A DNA stretch of 64,000 bases from an uncultured bacterium (GTDB taxonomy: Bacteria; CAYUVA01): positions 1 through 64,000 of the forward strand of contig CAYUVA010000011.1 of assembly GCA_964448115.1 (NCBI GenBank), in the 5' to 3' direction. This document shows positions 40,549 to 52,169 of this stretch, piece by piece (position 1 is the stretch's first letter; every line of letters starts with the position of its first letter). Below the pieces are notes generated by a model. That model did not search any database. It had not been told where the DNA came from and saw nothing but the letters and a program-made list of their open reading frames with translations. Both the position numbers and the translations under genes were made by a program.

Positions 40549-41211
40549 CTACCTTATATAAAGCCGTCCCGGGCTATATTTTGCTCCCGGCGGCTCGAAG
40601 TAGTGCCTACCCGATTTTATTCGTGCAATCTCGTCTATCAATATATCTATATTAGCATCTATATTTATAAAGTCAACTCCAGTAGTCTTCACGATGAGCA
40701 GCGGTGCTGCTGTAAACCGGAAAAAGAAGAGGTTATATTCCCTGTTCAGTTGCTCGATGTATTCTGCATCCATCTTTTTCTCAAAATCTCGATTCCTAGC
40801 CTTTATTCGCTCCATAAGCGTCTGCGTCTCCGCTTGCAAAAATATGACCAGGTCAGGTTTAACTATCGAATTTTTAAGCAGATCGTAGAGTCGCCGGTGT
40901 ATGATCAGCTCATTCTCGTTCAAGGTTAGCGCAGAGAATATGAGATCCTTCTCAAAAAGGTAATCGGTTATTATATATTCATCAAGAATGTCGGTCTGTC
41001 TTATGGTTTGGAGCTGCTGATATCGGCTGAGAAGGAAAAACAACTGGGTCGGCAACGCATTTGCCTTCATATCCTCATAAAAATCAGCAATAAAGGGATT
41101 CTTCTCGTATCCCTCCATGAAGACTCTTGCGTTCAAACGATCTCCCAGTCTTCTTGCCAAGGCAGACTTCCCTACCCCGATAGCTCCCTCGATTGCGATG
41201 TATTTACTCAT
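40549..41211 (-). CDS. Deoxynucleoside kinase
   Basis: IAIEGAIGVGKS, QLFFLLSRYQQ, KPDLVIFL, RNRDFE; likely start 41211. Confidence 0.92.
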   Translation of the reverse strand: MSKYIAIEGAIGVGKSALARRLGDRLNARVFMEGYEKNPFIADFYEDMKANALPTQLFFLLSRYQQLQTIRQTDILDEYIITDYLFEKDLIFSALTLNENELIIHRRLYDLLKNSIVKPDLVIFLQAETQTLMERIKARNRDFEKKMDAEYIEQLNREYNLFFFRFTAAPLLIVKTTGVDFINIDANIDILIDEIARIKSGRHYFEPPGAKYSPGRLYIR

Positions 41212-41218
41212 GGAATGA

Positions 41219-41755
41219 TCACCCCTTGTATGAATTGGTTTTAAGATCACCAGTAACCTCGATAACTTTCTCTAATGGAACCACCGACTGCCCAGCTTTC
41301 AATGCAGCGATCAGCTCACCGATACTTTGCCCGACACCTGGGATAACATAATCTAACCCAAGAAGGTCTTTAAGCGGCACCAATACGAAAGCGCGCTCTG
41401 GCAGCCTGCTGTGGGGAATGGTAAGGTCGGATGTGTTGATTTGCTGGTCATCGTATAGAAGTATATCAATATCGATGATCCGGGGACCCCATCGCTTGCT
41501 GATGGTTCTTCCCAACTGAAGCTCGACCATCTTGCAGGCCCTAAGCAGCTCTGCGGGTTCCAGATCGGTGCTAGCCATGACAACAGCATTGATGAACCAA
41601 GGCTGGGATGCTTCACCAACAGGGCTAGTGGCATATAGCGGAGATATATCAAGAATCCTTAAACCCGAAGATTTACTAAGTCCTTCGATAGCGTTCGATA
41701 TGTTTGCCATTCGATCTTGAAGGTTAGACCCTAAGCCTAGTAATACCCTAGCCAT
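41219..41755 (-). CDS. folK: 2-amino-4-hydroxy-6-hydroxymethyldihydropteridine diphosphokinase
   Basis: GLGSNL, FINAV, RWGPRIIDIDIL, IPH..ERAFVLVPL. Confidence 0.96.
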   Translation of the reverse strand: MARVLLGLGSNLQDRMANISNAIEGLSKSSGLRILDISPLYATSPVGEASQPWFINAVVMASTDLEPAELLRACKMVELQLGRTISKRWGPRIIDIDILLYDDQQINTSDLTIPHSRLPERAFVLVPLKDLLGLDYVIPGVGQSIGELIAALKAGQSVVPLEKVIEVTGDLKTNSYKG

Positions 41756-41908
41756 TTTTATTCACCGTATTCGTCCTAATATACTAAAATTCTTGATCAT
41801 TTTCCAGTTGGCGTTTTATTTCTATGAATCCAGTGATGAGTTTACCTTGATTGTTTTGTCATACCTGGCGCTTGCAAAAAAAAGTGATTTAATCTACAAG
41901 GTCATAAC

Positions 41909-43087
41909 ATGGCAAGAAGAGAGAAGATACTAAGAGCAATTAGATATCCCAGCATAATCAAGAATCGCCTTTTAAGGAAGCTGGGGGACTGGAAGATCGA
42001 CTATCATCTAGGCAAAGGCAAGGCGTTTCCTCCCTACACCGTCTTTATGGCGCCGACCTTCAGGTGCAACCTCAAGTGCATAATGTGCAGCATCAAGGAC
42101 ATGGTTCACGACAAGAACCTTCCTGCTGAGGTGAAACGATTATATAGCGAGCTATCCTGGGAGGATATGAAGAAAGTGGTGGATAATTTCTGCCAGATAA
42201 AGCCGAATGTCTACCTGGGCGGCGGAGATCCGATGGACTACCCGCATATCCTTGACCTGTTGGAGTATGTTCTTTACCACCATCACTGCTTTATAGGCAT
42301 GACCACTAACGGCACATATTTCAATCAGGATGTCGCAAAGGAGATAGTAAGGCTTAAGGTGCCGTATATCCATATATCCTTTGATGGCATACATGAAGTC
42401 TTTGATTCGGTGCGCGGAAAGGGAGTCTTTGAGAGAGCATTGAGGGGATTCGACAACATAATCGAGCAAAAAAAGGTTCAAAAAAGCGAGTTCCCGGAAC
42501 TTTCGATAGTATATACGATTACCACAACCAACTACCATAACCTGGTCGATACATGGAATTTCTTCGTTGAGCGCGGGGTGAAGAATTTTCTGATCCAGCA
42601 CCTGGCTTTCTTTCCACCGGATCTCCTTAGGGCTAATAATGAAAAATATGATGACCCGCTGTTTCATGTTGGCTGGGAGTATGGTGGCGCGCAGATTGAG
42701 GCTGATAAGATAGACATAAACATGGAAGTATTCATCGAGCAGATTGAAAAGCTAAAGCAGTTGCATAAACAGACAAAAGGCTCAACACTGAAGTTCATAC
42801 CCGAGCTTTCCCCCGAACTGCTACGCATATACTACTCTGACCAGCCAATGCCGGTAACAAAGGATGACCTCTGCCTCGTGCCCTGGAAGTTCACCGTCGT
42901 ATATCCGAGCGGTGATGTCATGGTAACCAGCTTCTGCTTCTTCCAGACCATGGGTAACCTGCTAAAGCAGGATTTCATGGAGATTTGGAACGGTGAGAAA
43001 TACCAGAAGGTGCGCAGATTCCTCAAGAAGGAGAAATGGATGCCAGTCTGCACCAAGTGCAAGGGTATCTATGGAGGATGTACCTAA
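41909..43087 (+). CDS. Radical SAM protein with C-terminal SPASM/twitch domain
   Basis: CNLKCIMC; GGDP; CLVPW...GDV..C...GNL..IWNG...CTKC. Confidence 0.88.
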   Translation: MARREKILRAIRYPSIIKNRLLRKLGDWKIDYHLGKGKAFPPYTVFMAPTFRCNLKCIMCSIKDMVHDKNLPAEVKRLYSELSWEDMKKVVDNFCQIKPNVYLGGGDPMDYPHILDLLEYVLYHHHCFIGMTTNGTYFNQDVAKEIVRLKVPYIHISFDGIHEVFDSVRGKGVFERALRGFDNIIEQKKVQKSEFPELSIVYTITTTNYHNLVDTWNFFVERGVKNFLIQHLAFFPPDLLRANNEKYDDPLFHVGWEYGGAQIEADKIDINMEVFIEQIEKLKQLHKQTKGSTLKFIPELSPELLRIYYSDQPMPVTKDDLCLVPWKFTVVYPSGDVMVTSFCFFQTMGNLLKQDFMEIWNGEKYQKVRRFLKKEKWMPVCTKCKGIYGGCT

Positions 43088-43130
43088 ACCTGAACCTTAA
43101 AATTGACACCTTTAGTCGCTCACCTGATCT

Positions 43131-43637
43131 ATGGCTATAACGGTAAGAACCAGAACGGTCCGAATAGTCGGCGGCATTATTCTGGGCTTGGTCGTTATCT
43201 TCTACCTTCTCTCAAGGGATGATCCTTTGGAGTCAGCGCTTAATGGGGCAATTGATGCTGTTTTTCGAGAAGATATGCCACGACTGATGGGATATTTTGC
43301 TGAGGATTATCGAGGTCAGTTCGGCAATACGAAGGTTGACCTCAGGCTTTATGCCCAGCGGGGCTTCGAGAAGTATGACAAGATAAAGATCATCACACCG
43401 CTCAAACAGACGAACAAACAGGACCACAAGGCTGTAATAGACCTTCGCTTCAAGGTGGTAGCGACCTTTGATCGGGGGAGATTCTATCTTGCCGGGAGTT
43501 TCACCGAGACAGAGCGCGCAATCATCCAATACATTAAGAAAGATGGAAGATGGCTGATCCAGAGCATCGAGTTTCCTCAGTATAGCTTCAAATCAAAGCA
43601 AGAAATAGACCATCAAATCGAGGCGGTTTTGGATTGA
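43131..43637 (+). CDS. Membrane-anchored hypothetical protein (NTF2-like fold suspected)
   Basis: N-terminal TM; FAEDY and KKDGRWLIQS ending typical of SnoaL/NTF2-like domains. Confidence 0.6.
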   Translation: MAITVRTRTVRIVGGIILGLVVIFYLLSRDDPLESALNGAIDAVFREDMPRLMGYFAEDYRGQFGNTKVDLRLYAQRGFEKYDKIKIITPLKQTNKQDHKAVIDLRFKVVATFDRGRFYLAGSFTETERAIIQYIKKDGRWLIQSIEFPQYSFKSKQEIDHQIEAVLD

Positions 43638-43693
43638 TTTATGAACCAGGTTTAATAATTCGTTGTTCGGCTTTGGTTGTTATTCATCTTATT

Positions 43694-46600
43694 TTATTCA
43701 TCGACATTGAGATATGGCCATAGGGGACTTAGGTTGCCATTATCGTTACCGGCGACCAGTTCGAGCATGTGTTGCCTTGCCTCCATGCCTGCACCCACCG
43801 GGATGTCAGCCATGCCATAAACGCCAAGCCTTTCATCCAACACCGGCAAATAGATGCCAGTGGGGCTTTGTCCAAGATAGATCTCTACATAGCTGACCCC
43901 CGTGTCCCTATCCACAAAGGCATAAAGATTTAACACTCCACCTGTTTGCGATGAAATTCGGGTGGTCATGTAACCGGAGACCAATATGCGTGGCACAACC
44001 GCGCTGGTCGGCGTTGCGCTCGGCGTTGAGGTCGGAATTGCTGTCCCAGTTTGAGTCGGCGACGATGTCGGGGTGCTAGTCGGTATTGCGCTCGGAGTTG
44101 TGCTGGGAGTCAGGCTTGGAGTTGAAGTTACGGTCGGTGATGCGGTTGCTGTAAAGGTCGGCGTTAGTGATGGCGTTATAGTCGGAGTTGAGCTTGGTGT
44201 ATTCGTTAGCGTGCTGGTCGGAGTTTGCGTGGGACTCGATGTAGGCGTGTCGGTCGGAGTGAGGCTTGGGGTGGCGCTTGGAGTTCTGCTTGGCGTGTTG
44301 CTCGGCGTTGCTGTGGGACTAAAGGTGGGTGAATTAGTTGGCGTACCGGTAGGCTCCAGCAGCTCTATATAAGCATCGGGTGTTTCCGGCGCATGCTCAA
44401 TAAAGCCGAGAAGATCTACCCCAATGGTGTAAAACTCGAACAGGCCATAGCCGCCAAGCTCAAACAGGTCGATGGTTACCGGGCTGCTATATATTGGCAT
44501 ATCCAGCGTGTCCCAGGATCCATATTCATATCGAAAATAAAGGGTTGCATAATCGAAGCCGACCCCCTGATCATAATAGCTGAAGTTGATATCGATCACT
44601 GGTGTAACCGTATCCGGCGGCAAATAAAGAACCTCGGTCATCGGTGGCGAGTTATCCTGAATTGAACTCACCGGTTGGGACCAGATGCTCTCGGTCAGCC
44701 ATAGATCGCGGTACTTCACTCGGTAATAATAAGGTCTATTTTCGGTTAGCTGGCAGAACTGGTAATTAGTATCGTAAATCCAGCCTGAGTTCAGGTCAGC
44801 ACTGGTGAAATCGCTGTTCATATCAGCCTCGATGTAGTAGTCGAGCGCATTATATATGCCAGCGTCGCTCCACCATAAGGTGTTGCATAATCCAGCCGTG
44901 TAGGGTGGCTCCGGGGTGATAATGACTGGAGGTCCAACCGTGTAAGTGGCGGTCGGGGTCAAGCTCGGAGTCAGGCTCGGAGTCCTGGATGGCGTTGTGC
45001 TCGGAGTCAGGCTAGCTGTGTTGGTCGGCGTTGTGGTCGGTGTTAGGCTGGGGGTGTTGCTGGGGGTCGATGAGGGGGTCATGGTCGAGGTGGGGGTGCT
45101 GCTCGGGGTCGCCGTGGCGGTTGGAGTCGTAGTTGGAGTTTTAGTCGGTGTCGGCGTGGATGAAGGAGTCGAGGTCTCGGTTGCAGTTGGAGTGGTTGTC
45201 TCTGTGCTAGTTGGTGTTGCAGTCGGGCTTTGGGTCGGTGTCTGCGTCTCGGTCACGGTCGGGGTAGAGGTTACAGTGTTGGTCGGGGTTTGCGATGGGG
45301 TTGAGGAAGGCGTCTGTGATGCAGTGGTGGTTGGAGTGCTGGTCGGGCTTCTGGTCGGCGTATTGGTTACCGTCGGCGTCTGGCTTGCTGTGCAGGTCGG
45401 GGTCGCAGTCGGCGTAAAATATGCAAGTATGAAATCATAGTAAGCATCATGTCCACCGAGACCCAGATTGTTCTCTATCACCACATAGTGAAGTTCCTCG
45501 CTGGTAAAGATATACTCCATGTAAGCAGGATCAAAGCCACTTTGTTTGATTGGATTGAGCATCTTGTCATAAAGGTAGATGATCGCCTGGGAGTCAGCGC
45601 CGATATCATTTGCCATGAACACGGTCGTATCAGAGGTGCGGCTGATAAACTGGTGCCAATCTATATCCCCAGCATAGCAGAAGTAATGTCGGGTAGCTCC
45701 AGTCAAGTAGTTGATGAACTTTGCCTGGTAATACTCATCATCAGGCTCATAGAAATCGACATCGCTGCAAGGGGTATTGGTCGGGGTCATGGTAGGCGTA
45801 ACCGATGGGGTATGTGTCGGAGTGCGCGTGTTTGTCATGGTCGGGATGATGGTCGGAGTCATGGTCGGGGTTATGCTCGGAACATTGGTATTAGTCGCTG
45901 TAGGGCTAGCGCTTGGGGTGCTTGATGGGGTAGATGTCGCGGTCGGTGAGAGGGTTGAGGTATGGGTTGGAGTATTGGTTGAGGTAGCGCTTGGGGTTGC
46001 GCTAGGTGTGCTGGTAACCGTTGGCGTGTTTGTAGGGGTCGAAGATGGGGTATTCGATGGCGTCCTGGTCGGCGATTGAGTTGCTGAACCGGTCGGCGTG
46101 GCGCTGGGGGTCATGGTCGGGCTAACGGTTGCAGTATTGGTAGGAGTATGCGTCCTTGCCAGAACCTGAATGTTGTAGTCTGCCGCTGGGCTTCCCCAGG
46201 CGCTTCCCAGGGGATCGACCACGAAATAATAGAAGCTTGACGAGGGGAACAAACCGTAGGTGAGCTTTGCCGCGCCAGTCTCGAAATCAGGAGCGGCAAA
46301 CGCTAACTCGTTGCTAGCCCATTGATCGTAAAGCGTGATGGAGGTCTTTACATTATTACCCAAGTCCGATGTCCAGAAATCGTAAGTATATTGCGCGGTT
46401 GCAAAGAATATATGCCAATCACGATCCGTCATAGTACAGAAGATCTCCTGGATCGGATAGCCGTTGGTATCGATTATGGTGGCATCTTCGGGTTCATCAT
46501 TTCCAAAGGGGTACTCCACCGGATCATCCATCCAGCATGGTGTATTGGTAGGCGTGCTGGTGGGGGTTAGAGTCGGAGTTGGGGTGTTGGTGGGGCTTGC

Positions 46601-48760
46601 TGTTGGAGAAGTAGTCGGCGTGTTGCTTGGCGTCCAGGATGGCATGCCGGTATAAGTGGCGGTTGGCGTCTTGGTAACCGTGTTGGTTGGCGTGTTGCTA
46701 GGTGTTCTTGATGGAGTACCAGTAGGCGTTGGTGTGCCAGTGGGAGTGTGTGTGCAGGTACTGGTTTCGGTGGCGGTTGGACTATGAGTAGCCGTGTAAG
46801 TGGGGGTTGTTGTCGCGGTGGAGCTTGGCGTTCGGGTCGGCGTTTGGGTTGGAGTATGAGTCGAGGTAAATGTCGGTGAATAGGTCGGGGTACTAGTGGG
46901 AGTACTGGTCGGAAGGTCTGTTGGGGTCGGCGTGCTGGTCGGCCACCCGGTTGGGGTCAATGATGGGGTTAAAGTCGCTGTATTTGTCGGCGTGGAAGTA
47001 CTAGTCGGCGTTCTGGTCGGTGTGTGGGAGGGAGTGCGAGTCGGCGTTTCGCTCGGAGTCTGGGTCGGTGTTTCGCTCGGAGTCTGGGTCGGAGATCTGG
47101 TAGCTGTATGCGTGGGCGTGAAGGTCGGCGTTGCACTAGGCGTGGAGGTAGGAATATTGGTATCAGTCGGGGTGCTGCTCGGGGTGTGGCTTGGTGTCCT
47201 GCTCGGAGTCGCGCTCGGGGTTGCGGTCGGAGTATCCGTGCTGGTTGGGGTCGTGCTCGGGGTTACAGTCTCTGTCGCGGTTGGAGTCGTGGTCGCCGTA
47301 TTCGTTACCGTTAAAGTCGGTGTTACCGTTGGAGTAATAGTCGCTGTAGCTGTTGGAAATGTAGTAGGTGTGAAACGGTTGATCCTGACCTTGTAGTCGC
47401 TGGCTCCATGTGTTCCCCAGCCCGAGCCAGTAGGGATGACCAGAATATAATACCACCATTCAAAGTTGTCCGAAAAATCTATCCTGGAGGACCCTGGCTC
47501 AGATCCTGAGTCATTGTCCGAGGCTATCATCTCCATGGAAATCATGTTTTGGAGATACATGAAAGTATCAACGCTTGGATCGAGATCGAAGGTCTCTATC
47601 GAATAAGTCTGGTTTGGGTGATCGTATCTGAAGGGGATTAGATCATTATCTAGAAGATCACAAAAGAGATGTTGTTGAGCTATGCCTCCATCCTGGATCG
47701 GCTTGATCCAGTTCGGTGCCTCTGTCGGAAAAGGAGCTGCGTCATAATCATTAGGCTCATAAGCATCAACATCGGAGCAGGGTGTCGGTGATGTGGTAGG
47801 AGTAGGTGTGCGCGTAGGTGTACGAGATGGGGTATAAGTTGGCCATCCGGTTGGAGTGTGGGTTGGAGTGCGGGTCGGGGTGCGGGTTGGGGTTCTAGTG
47901 CGTGTCGGGGTTCTGGTTGGTGTAGCGGTGGGTATATAGCAATCCACGGTACCAACCATCTTCATATCAACACCAAGTTCTACGCATAGATCCCACCATT
48001 GCCCGTTATAATAGTTCCAGGCAGTGCAGTTGGAGCATCCAGACTTATATACAAACCATGCGTTGCAAGGATTGTAATAGAAATAATACTCCAGAAAATA
48101 ATTGGCACCTGTGTTTTCCAGGCAGCATGATCCAGAATATATATTTAAAATCAGATTCCAATAAGTTGGATCTGAGTGGCTCGGTATCTCCCAGGTGCCT
48201 AGATATCCTCCACATACTGTGTTTCCTGGTCTTTTGCAGCCACCACCGAGGTCGTATTCTTGCTTTAATGAGACCAATATCGATTGAGTACAGGCTCCAG
48301 AGCCACCAACCCTGAATATTGTATGTTCAGTCTGAATTAGACAGAAATATGGACAGTTTGGGCACTGAGATGGGTTAATTTGGCGGGCATAAGCTTCATC
48401 CCCGGTAAAGAAATTGGCCCATGGGTAACCATAGACCCCAGTATATTGGCTTTGCCCAAGACTGCATGATAGCTTACTGTCTTTTGACTTTCTTAAAGTA
48501 GTCGATTCTATGTCGGAAACTTCTTTCAGGAAGACATGGATCTCATGTTTCTCTGCATCCACATAGTACTCTCCCGGCTCCAAGCCATCCAACCTGTCCT
48601 TGCGAATAAATTTAATCTTGGAGAGATCCTTAGGGATATCCTCCTTCGATTGTACAATGGTGGATGAAGTAAAAATGAGAAGTATAATCGTCACAATAAA
48701 CCATGTATATGTTTTCCCTGGGATAGCTATCGAGTACGACTTGCTTGTTGTTATATTCAT
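43694..48760 (-). CDS. Large secreted surface protein with long Thr/Pro linkers, three PPC-like domains, FN3/Ig-like domains and a C-terminal 'WPYL' domain
   Basis: 1688 aa; signal peptide; Cys-rich N-domain; repeats opening DVDAYEPND / [11 protein letters not shown] / DVDFYEPDD; long TPT tracts. Confidence 0.85.
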   Translation of the reverse strand: MNITTSKSYSIAIPGKTYTWFIVTIILLIFTSSTIVQSKEDIPKDLSKIKFIRKDRLDGLEPGEYYVDAEKHEIHVFLKEVSDIESTTLRKSKDSKLSCSLGQSQYTGVYGYPWANFFTGDEAYARQINPSQCPNCPYFCLIQTEHTIFRVGGSGACTQSILVSLKQEYDLGGGCKRPGNTVCGGYLGTWEIPSHSDPTYWNLILNIYSGSCCLENTGANYFLEYYFYYNPCNAWFVYKSGCSNCTAWNYYNGQWWDLCVELGVDMKMVGTVDCYIPTATPTRTPTRTRTPTRTPTRTPTHTPTGWPTYTPSRTPTRTPTPTTSPTPCSDVDAYEPNDYDAAPFPTEAPNWIKPIQDGGIAQQHLFCDLLDNDLIPFRYDHPNQTYSIETFDLDPSVDTFMYLQNMISMEMIASDNDSGSEPGSSRIDFSDNFEWWYYILVIPTGSGWGTHGASDYKVRINRFTPTTFPTATATITPTVTPTLTVTNTATTTPTATETVTPSTTPTSTDTPTATPSATPSRTPSHTPSSTPTDTNIPTSTPSATPTFTPTHTATRSPTQTPSETPTQTPSETPTRTPSHTPTRTPTSTSTPTNTATLTPSLTPTGWPTSTPTPTDLPTSTPTSTPTYSPTFTSTHTPTQTPTRTPSSTATTTPTYTATHSPTATETSTCTHTPTGTPTPTGTPSRTPSNTPTNTVTKTPTATYTGMPSWTPSNTPTTSPTASPTNTPTPTLTPTSTPTNTPCWMDDPVEYPFGNDEPEDATIIDTNGYPIQEIFCTMTDRDWHIFFATAQYTYDFWTSDLGNNVKTSITLYDQWASNELAFAAPDFETGAAKLTYGLFPSSSFYYFVVDPLGSAWGSPAADYNIQVLARTHTPTNTATVSPTMTPSATPTGSATQSPTRTPSNTPSSTPTNTPTVTSTPSATPSATSTNTPTHTSTLSPTATSTPSSTPSASPTATNTNVPSITPTMTPTIIPTMTNTRTPTHTPSVTPTMTPTNTPCSDVDFYEPDDEYYQAKFINYLTGATRHYFCYAGDIDWHQFISRTSDTTVFMANDIGADSQAIIYLYDKMLNPIKQSGFDPAYMEYIFTSEELHYVVIENNLGLGGHDAYYDFILAYFTPTATPTCTASQTPTVTNTPTRSPTSTPTTTASQTPSSTPSQTPTNTVTSTPTVTETQTPTQSPTATPTSTETTTPTATETSTPSSTPTPTKTPTTTPTATATPSSTPTSTMTPSSTPSNTPSLTPTTTPTNTASLTPSTTPSRTPSLTPSLTPTATYTVGPPVIITPEPPYTAGLCNTLWWSDAGIYNALDYYIEADMNSDFTSADLNSGWIYDTNYQFCQLTENRPYYYRVKYRDLWLTESIWSQPVSSIQDNSPPMTEVLYLPPDTVTPVIDINFSYYDQGVGFDYATLYFRYEYGSWDTLDMPIYSSPVTIDLFELGGYGLFEFYTIGVDLLGFIEHAPETPDAYIELLEPTGTPTNSPTFSPTATPSNTPSRTPSATPSLTPTDTPTSSPTQTPTSTLTNTPSSTPTITPSLTPTFTATASPTVTSTPSLTPSTTPSAIPTSTPTSSPTQTGTAIPTSTPSATPTSAVVPRILVSGYMTTRISSQTGGVLNLYAFVDRDTGVSYVEIYLGQSPTGIYLPVLDERLGVYGMADIPVGAGMEARQHMLELVAGNDNGNLSPLWPYLNVDE

Positions 48761-48938
48761 CAGGTTGCCAATAAATTACCCTCTAAAGGAGCGCATGTAA
48801 TGTCCTCAAACTACCATTAGTAATATAAGCCCTTGAGATCATTAAATCAATATAGGTTTAGTTTTTAAAAGAGCCACTATGATCACGCCAACAGTCGATA
48901 ATACTACGGCAATCGCTTTTCTCAGGGTGAAGATCTCC

Positions 48939-49667
48939 CTAGTCCTGACATGTTGACCTGTTGTTACCTTGATCAACATCCATAGATACATACCGCCATA
49001 GAGCATCTTTGGGAACATTGAATAGAAGATCGATTATCGATAAGCCAGGAAGAAAATCACCATGTCGTTGTTTATAGGGTACAGGCGAAAACTCGTGGAA
49101 TATTACCTTGATCTCTTTTTTTTCAAAATAAGACAATTCAAGGTATTTCCTCGCTCCCATACCGGAGATGTACTGCTTTGCTCCAACCTGCTCAAGTAAG
49201 GCGATCAACCTTTGTGTTCCAGCAAGATCTTCAGCAATATCAAGTGAAGATGACTTAACGATAGTATTACAAATTCCGATACGAAGGCGACAAAACTCAA
49301 GTAAATCGTAGCAAAAATCGACCAGCAGCAGATGATCCTTGGAGTAGATTTGCTCTAATTCATTATAGATCTCCTCGAAGCACTCTGCCTTGCTGTAATT
49401 TTGCCTGATGGTTGCCAGGTGCTTTTTCTTCCACTTCGTATCGTTGTTTATTCGTACCTGATTGGTCAATTGTCCACTTTTTCCCCTAGTGAGTACCGGC
49501 ACCGTCAGCCACTCCCAACCTTTTGGTGTTTTTATCTTATTTTTATTCTGCAAGCCTCCCTTGGTGAACTGCACATCATCAAGATAAATAAAAAACTCTG
49601 CCATTGCCATCTTCTGAAAATACCCTACCCAGGGTAAGAAGTTTGGTTGATGTATGGCTACTATCAT
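48939..49667 (-). CDS. WbqC-family protein (surface glycan modification)
   Basis: IHQPNFLPWVGYF, LDDVQF, WLTVPV, YISG.GA..YL, LSIIDLLFN. Confidence 0.9.
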   Translation of the reverse strand: MIVAIHQPNFLPWVGYFQKMAMAEFFIYLDDVQFTKGGLQNKNKIKTPKGWEWLTVPVLTRGKSGQLTNQVRINNDTKWKKKHLATIRQNYSKAECFEEIYNELEQIYSKDHLLLVDFCYDLLEFCRLRIGICNTIVKSSSLDIAEDLAGTQRLIALLEQVGAKQYISGMGARKYLELSYFEKKEIKVIFHEFSPVPYKQRHGDFLPGLSIIDLLFNVPKDALWRYVSMDVDQGNNRSTCQD

Positions 49668-49801
49668 AAGTTAGTTTCTCGTTTTGAGTTTCTGGTTCTT
49701 TTTTTCAAGTTATTGGTTTTTTTCAGTGATGTAGTTAACTAGAAATGAATACCTGATGTCAATGGGTCAATTATGCTTTTCTTGGTAGGCTGAGATAGAT
49801 T

Positions 49802-50008
49802 TTACACTACAATGCTCTGCTTGATGATCGGCATAAAGCCGAGAATGGTTATCAGTGGACTTTTCAGATCATGTGAGACCGCATAGGTAAAGCATTTGAG
49901 TTCGGCATTTCGAGTCTCCAACTCGGCGTTCAACATCTTTTGCTCATCGACAGCCTTTTTTTGTTGAGTAATATTTCGCACTACCGCCAATACCTCATCT
50001 ACCCCCAA
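49802..50008 (-). pseudogene. Sensor histidine kinase fragment (end of PAS plus H-box)
   Basis: EVLAVVRNIT...ELKCFTYAVSHDLKSPLITILGF then stop; no HATPase domain follows. Confidence 0.75.
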
Positions 50009-50076
50009 TGGAAGCTAGCCGATTTTTCTTTGGTTAACTGGAAAATATTGGACAGAGAGTTATACTTATAGATGCA

Positions 50077-51021
50077 ATGCGCTTGGCTAATGAAAATCAT
50101 TTTATTCTTTTTTTCTTGGCAATCTTGGCTTTTATAATTTACATGGCTGGTTGCCATGGCGGGGATAAATCAAGGGACGATATCGATGTTGATCGCCAGG
50201 AAAGATCATCTGTTATCGATTTTTTATCCAAAGGCTCACTTCATGGCAATTGGCTTAAAAAAGGCGAGCCGAGGTCCTATACGGCTGAGAATCTGTACTT
50301 GTTCAACAATGGTGAGTCGGTCAATTTTACCTCTTATGATCTCGATAACATGTCCCACTTCGAGTATTCCCGTGGAGAGGAGATCCTCAGTATCGAGGTT
50401 TATCGCTTTAAAAATCCGAGCGGCGCATTCGGAGTATATAGCCTCTATCGCGCGCCCAAGTTAGCCCTGTCGTTCAATTTCGCGCATATTTGCCTAAACG
50501 GCAGAGGGATCAACCTTCTAAAGGGGAGTTATTACATGGTCATGATCATTGACCCCTGGCAAAAAAAGTATCAGGGTGAGGTCATCGCACTGGCTCGATT
50601 GATCGCTGAAAACATACCAGAAGATACTGTGATACCTAAGGTCGTGTTGAACCTGCCCAAGGAGGAATTGGTGCAACGCTCGCAGGTTTATATCGAGAGC
50701 ATAAACATACTTCTAAATTTCTATCCGTGGGTATCAAAGGATATCTTTGGATTCGAGGAGGGCACAGTTGCAGCGCTTGCCTCGTATCGCCGTAGTAAGG
50801 ATAAATACTTTATCATTAATATAGAGTTTCCCAGCGCAAAGCAAGCTTCCAAGGCATTTGGCGAGCTTAAGAAGGTTATCAAAGATAATGAAACCTTTGC
50901 AAACAAGAAGTTCAGCAATACCCTAATAACATACACTAACCGTGAGAAGGTTAGTCGCATCAAGTACATCCCGCCCAATCGGATACTGATTTATGATAGC
51001 ATGCCCATCTTGGAACAATAG
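50077..51021 (+). CDS. Putative lipoprotein (DUF6599-like)
   Basis: Lipobox MAG-C; YTAENLYLFNNGE, IEVYRF..AFGVYS pattern. Confidence 0.7.
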   Translation: MRLANENHFILFFLAILAFIIYMAGCHGGDKSRDDIDVDRQERSSVIDFLSKGSLHGNWLKKGEPRSYTAENLYLFNNGESVNFTSYDLDNMSHFEYSRGEEILSIEVYRFKNPSGAFGVYSLYRAPKLALSFNFAHICLNGRGINLLKGSYYMVMIIDPWQKKYQGEVIALARLIAENIPEDTVIPKVVLNLPKEELVQRSQVYIESINILLNFYPWVSKDIFGFEEGTVAALASYRRSKDKYFIINIEFPSAKQASKAFGELKKVIKDNETFANKKFSNTLITYTNREKVSRIKYIPPNRILIYDSMPILEQ

Positions 51022-51031
51022 GGCTTGAATC

Positions 51032-52168
51032 CTATCCCCATACCCCTGGGATCTTTGTTTCGCAGAATTTACACTTACCATCGGTGATATTATTCTCTGT
51101 GATGTAGTAGCCGTATCGTGCAATGAGCTTCTTTTTGCAGTTATGGCAGTATGTATTCTCCGCATCGTGTCCGGGCACATTGCCGACATAGACATATCGG
51201 ATTCCCTCTTCCATGCATGCCTTGCGAGCTCTCTCCAGGGTGCTAACCGGCGTGGAGGGGAGGTTCTGCAACTGGTACATGGGATGGAAGCGTGTGAAAT
51301 GTACGGGTACATCTACTCCAAGCTCCTTGACTATCCACTTAGCCATCTTGCGGATGTCGTCGATCTGGTCGTTCAGGGTGGGTATTACCAGATAAACGAT
51401 CTCGGTCCAGACCTTCCTCTCAACAAGCAACTTCAGGCAATCTAACACCGGTTGAAGAGTCCCGGCGCAGTAATTCTTGTAGAAGCTATCGGTAAATGCC
51501 TTGAGATCGACCTTCATGGCGTCAAGGTACCTGCACCAGTCCTCTAGCGCCTGCTCAGTTATGTATCCGTTGGATATGCTGATCGTCTTGATATCAGAGC
51601 CTTTGGTTAGCCTGGCGGTCTCGTAAACATACTCGAAGAATACCACTGGCTCTGTATATGTAAAGGCGATCGACTTTGCGCCCTTCATTTTAGCTAACGG
51701 GACCAGCTTCTCCGGGGGAAGGTTCAAGTTATCCACCTGTTCAGGGCGTACCTGCGAGATCTGCCAGTTCTGACAGAACTTGCAGAGCATGTTACAACCA
51801 GCGGTTGCCAGCGAGAATGCTTTTGTACTGGGAAAGAAGTGAAATAACGGCTTTTTCTCCACGGGATCGATATGAACCGAGCAGGGTCTGCCATAAACCA
51901 GCGTGTAGTATGTGCCATCCTTGTTTTCTCTGCATCCGCAGTATCCTCTCTCCTTATCTGCGACCTCGCAATGTCGGGGGCATATATCGCAGCGCACCAT
52001 CTTCTCATCACGCTTCTGATAGTGCATCGCTTCCCGCCATGAAAGGGAGCTGGAGGTGGAGAGTTCAAGGCTGTTGGCTATTGAGACAGGATTGCCCTTT
52101 AAAAGGCTAGAAGCACATACCGCACCGCTTCCCGCAAGCATTAGCCTAATGAATTCCCTGCGATTCAT
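51032..52168 (-). CDS. AmmeMemoRadiSam-system radical SAM enzyme with twin-arginine leader
   Basis: MNRREFIR; CDICPRHC; DPVEKKPLFHF; GCNMLCKFCQNWQISQ; FTYTEP; YVYVGNVPG. Confidence 0.92.
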   Translation of the reverse strand: MNRREFIRLMLAGSGAVCASSLLKGNPVSIANSLELSTSSSLSWREAMHYQKRDEKMVRCDICPRHCEVADKERGYCGCRENKDGTYYTLVYGRPCSVHIDPVEKKPLFHFFPSTKAFSLATAGCNMLCKFCQNWQISQVRPEQVDNLNLPPEKLVPLAKMKGAKSIAFTYTEPVVFFEYVYETARLTKGSDIKTISISNGYITEQALEDWCRYLDAMKVDLKAFTDSFYKNYCAGTLQPVLDCLKLLVERKVWTEIVYLVIPTLNDQIDDIRKMAKWIVKELGVDVPVHFTRFHPMYQLQNLPSTPVSTLERARKACMEEGIRYVYVGNVPGHDAENTYCHNCKKKLIARYGYYITENNITDGKCKFCETKIPGVWG

Positions 52169-52169
52169 A

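Noticed and set aside
38360-41755. folK-dNK-panBCD cluster as a novel system
   Set aside because: A familiar cofactor-biosynthesis arrangement.
44073-47396. Val/Gly-rich plus-strand ORFs that look like membrane proteins
   Set aside because: They are the antisense reading of the Thr/Pro codons of the 1688-aa gene.
44000-47930. Repetitive DNA as a possible CRISPR array
   Set aside because: In-frame degenerate codon repeats; no constant repeat with unique spacers and no cas genes.
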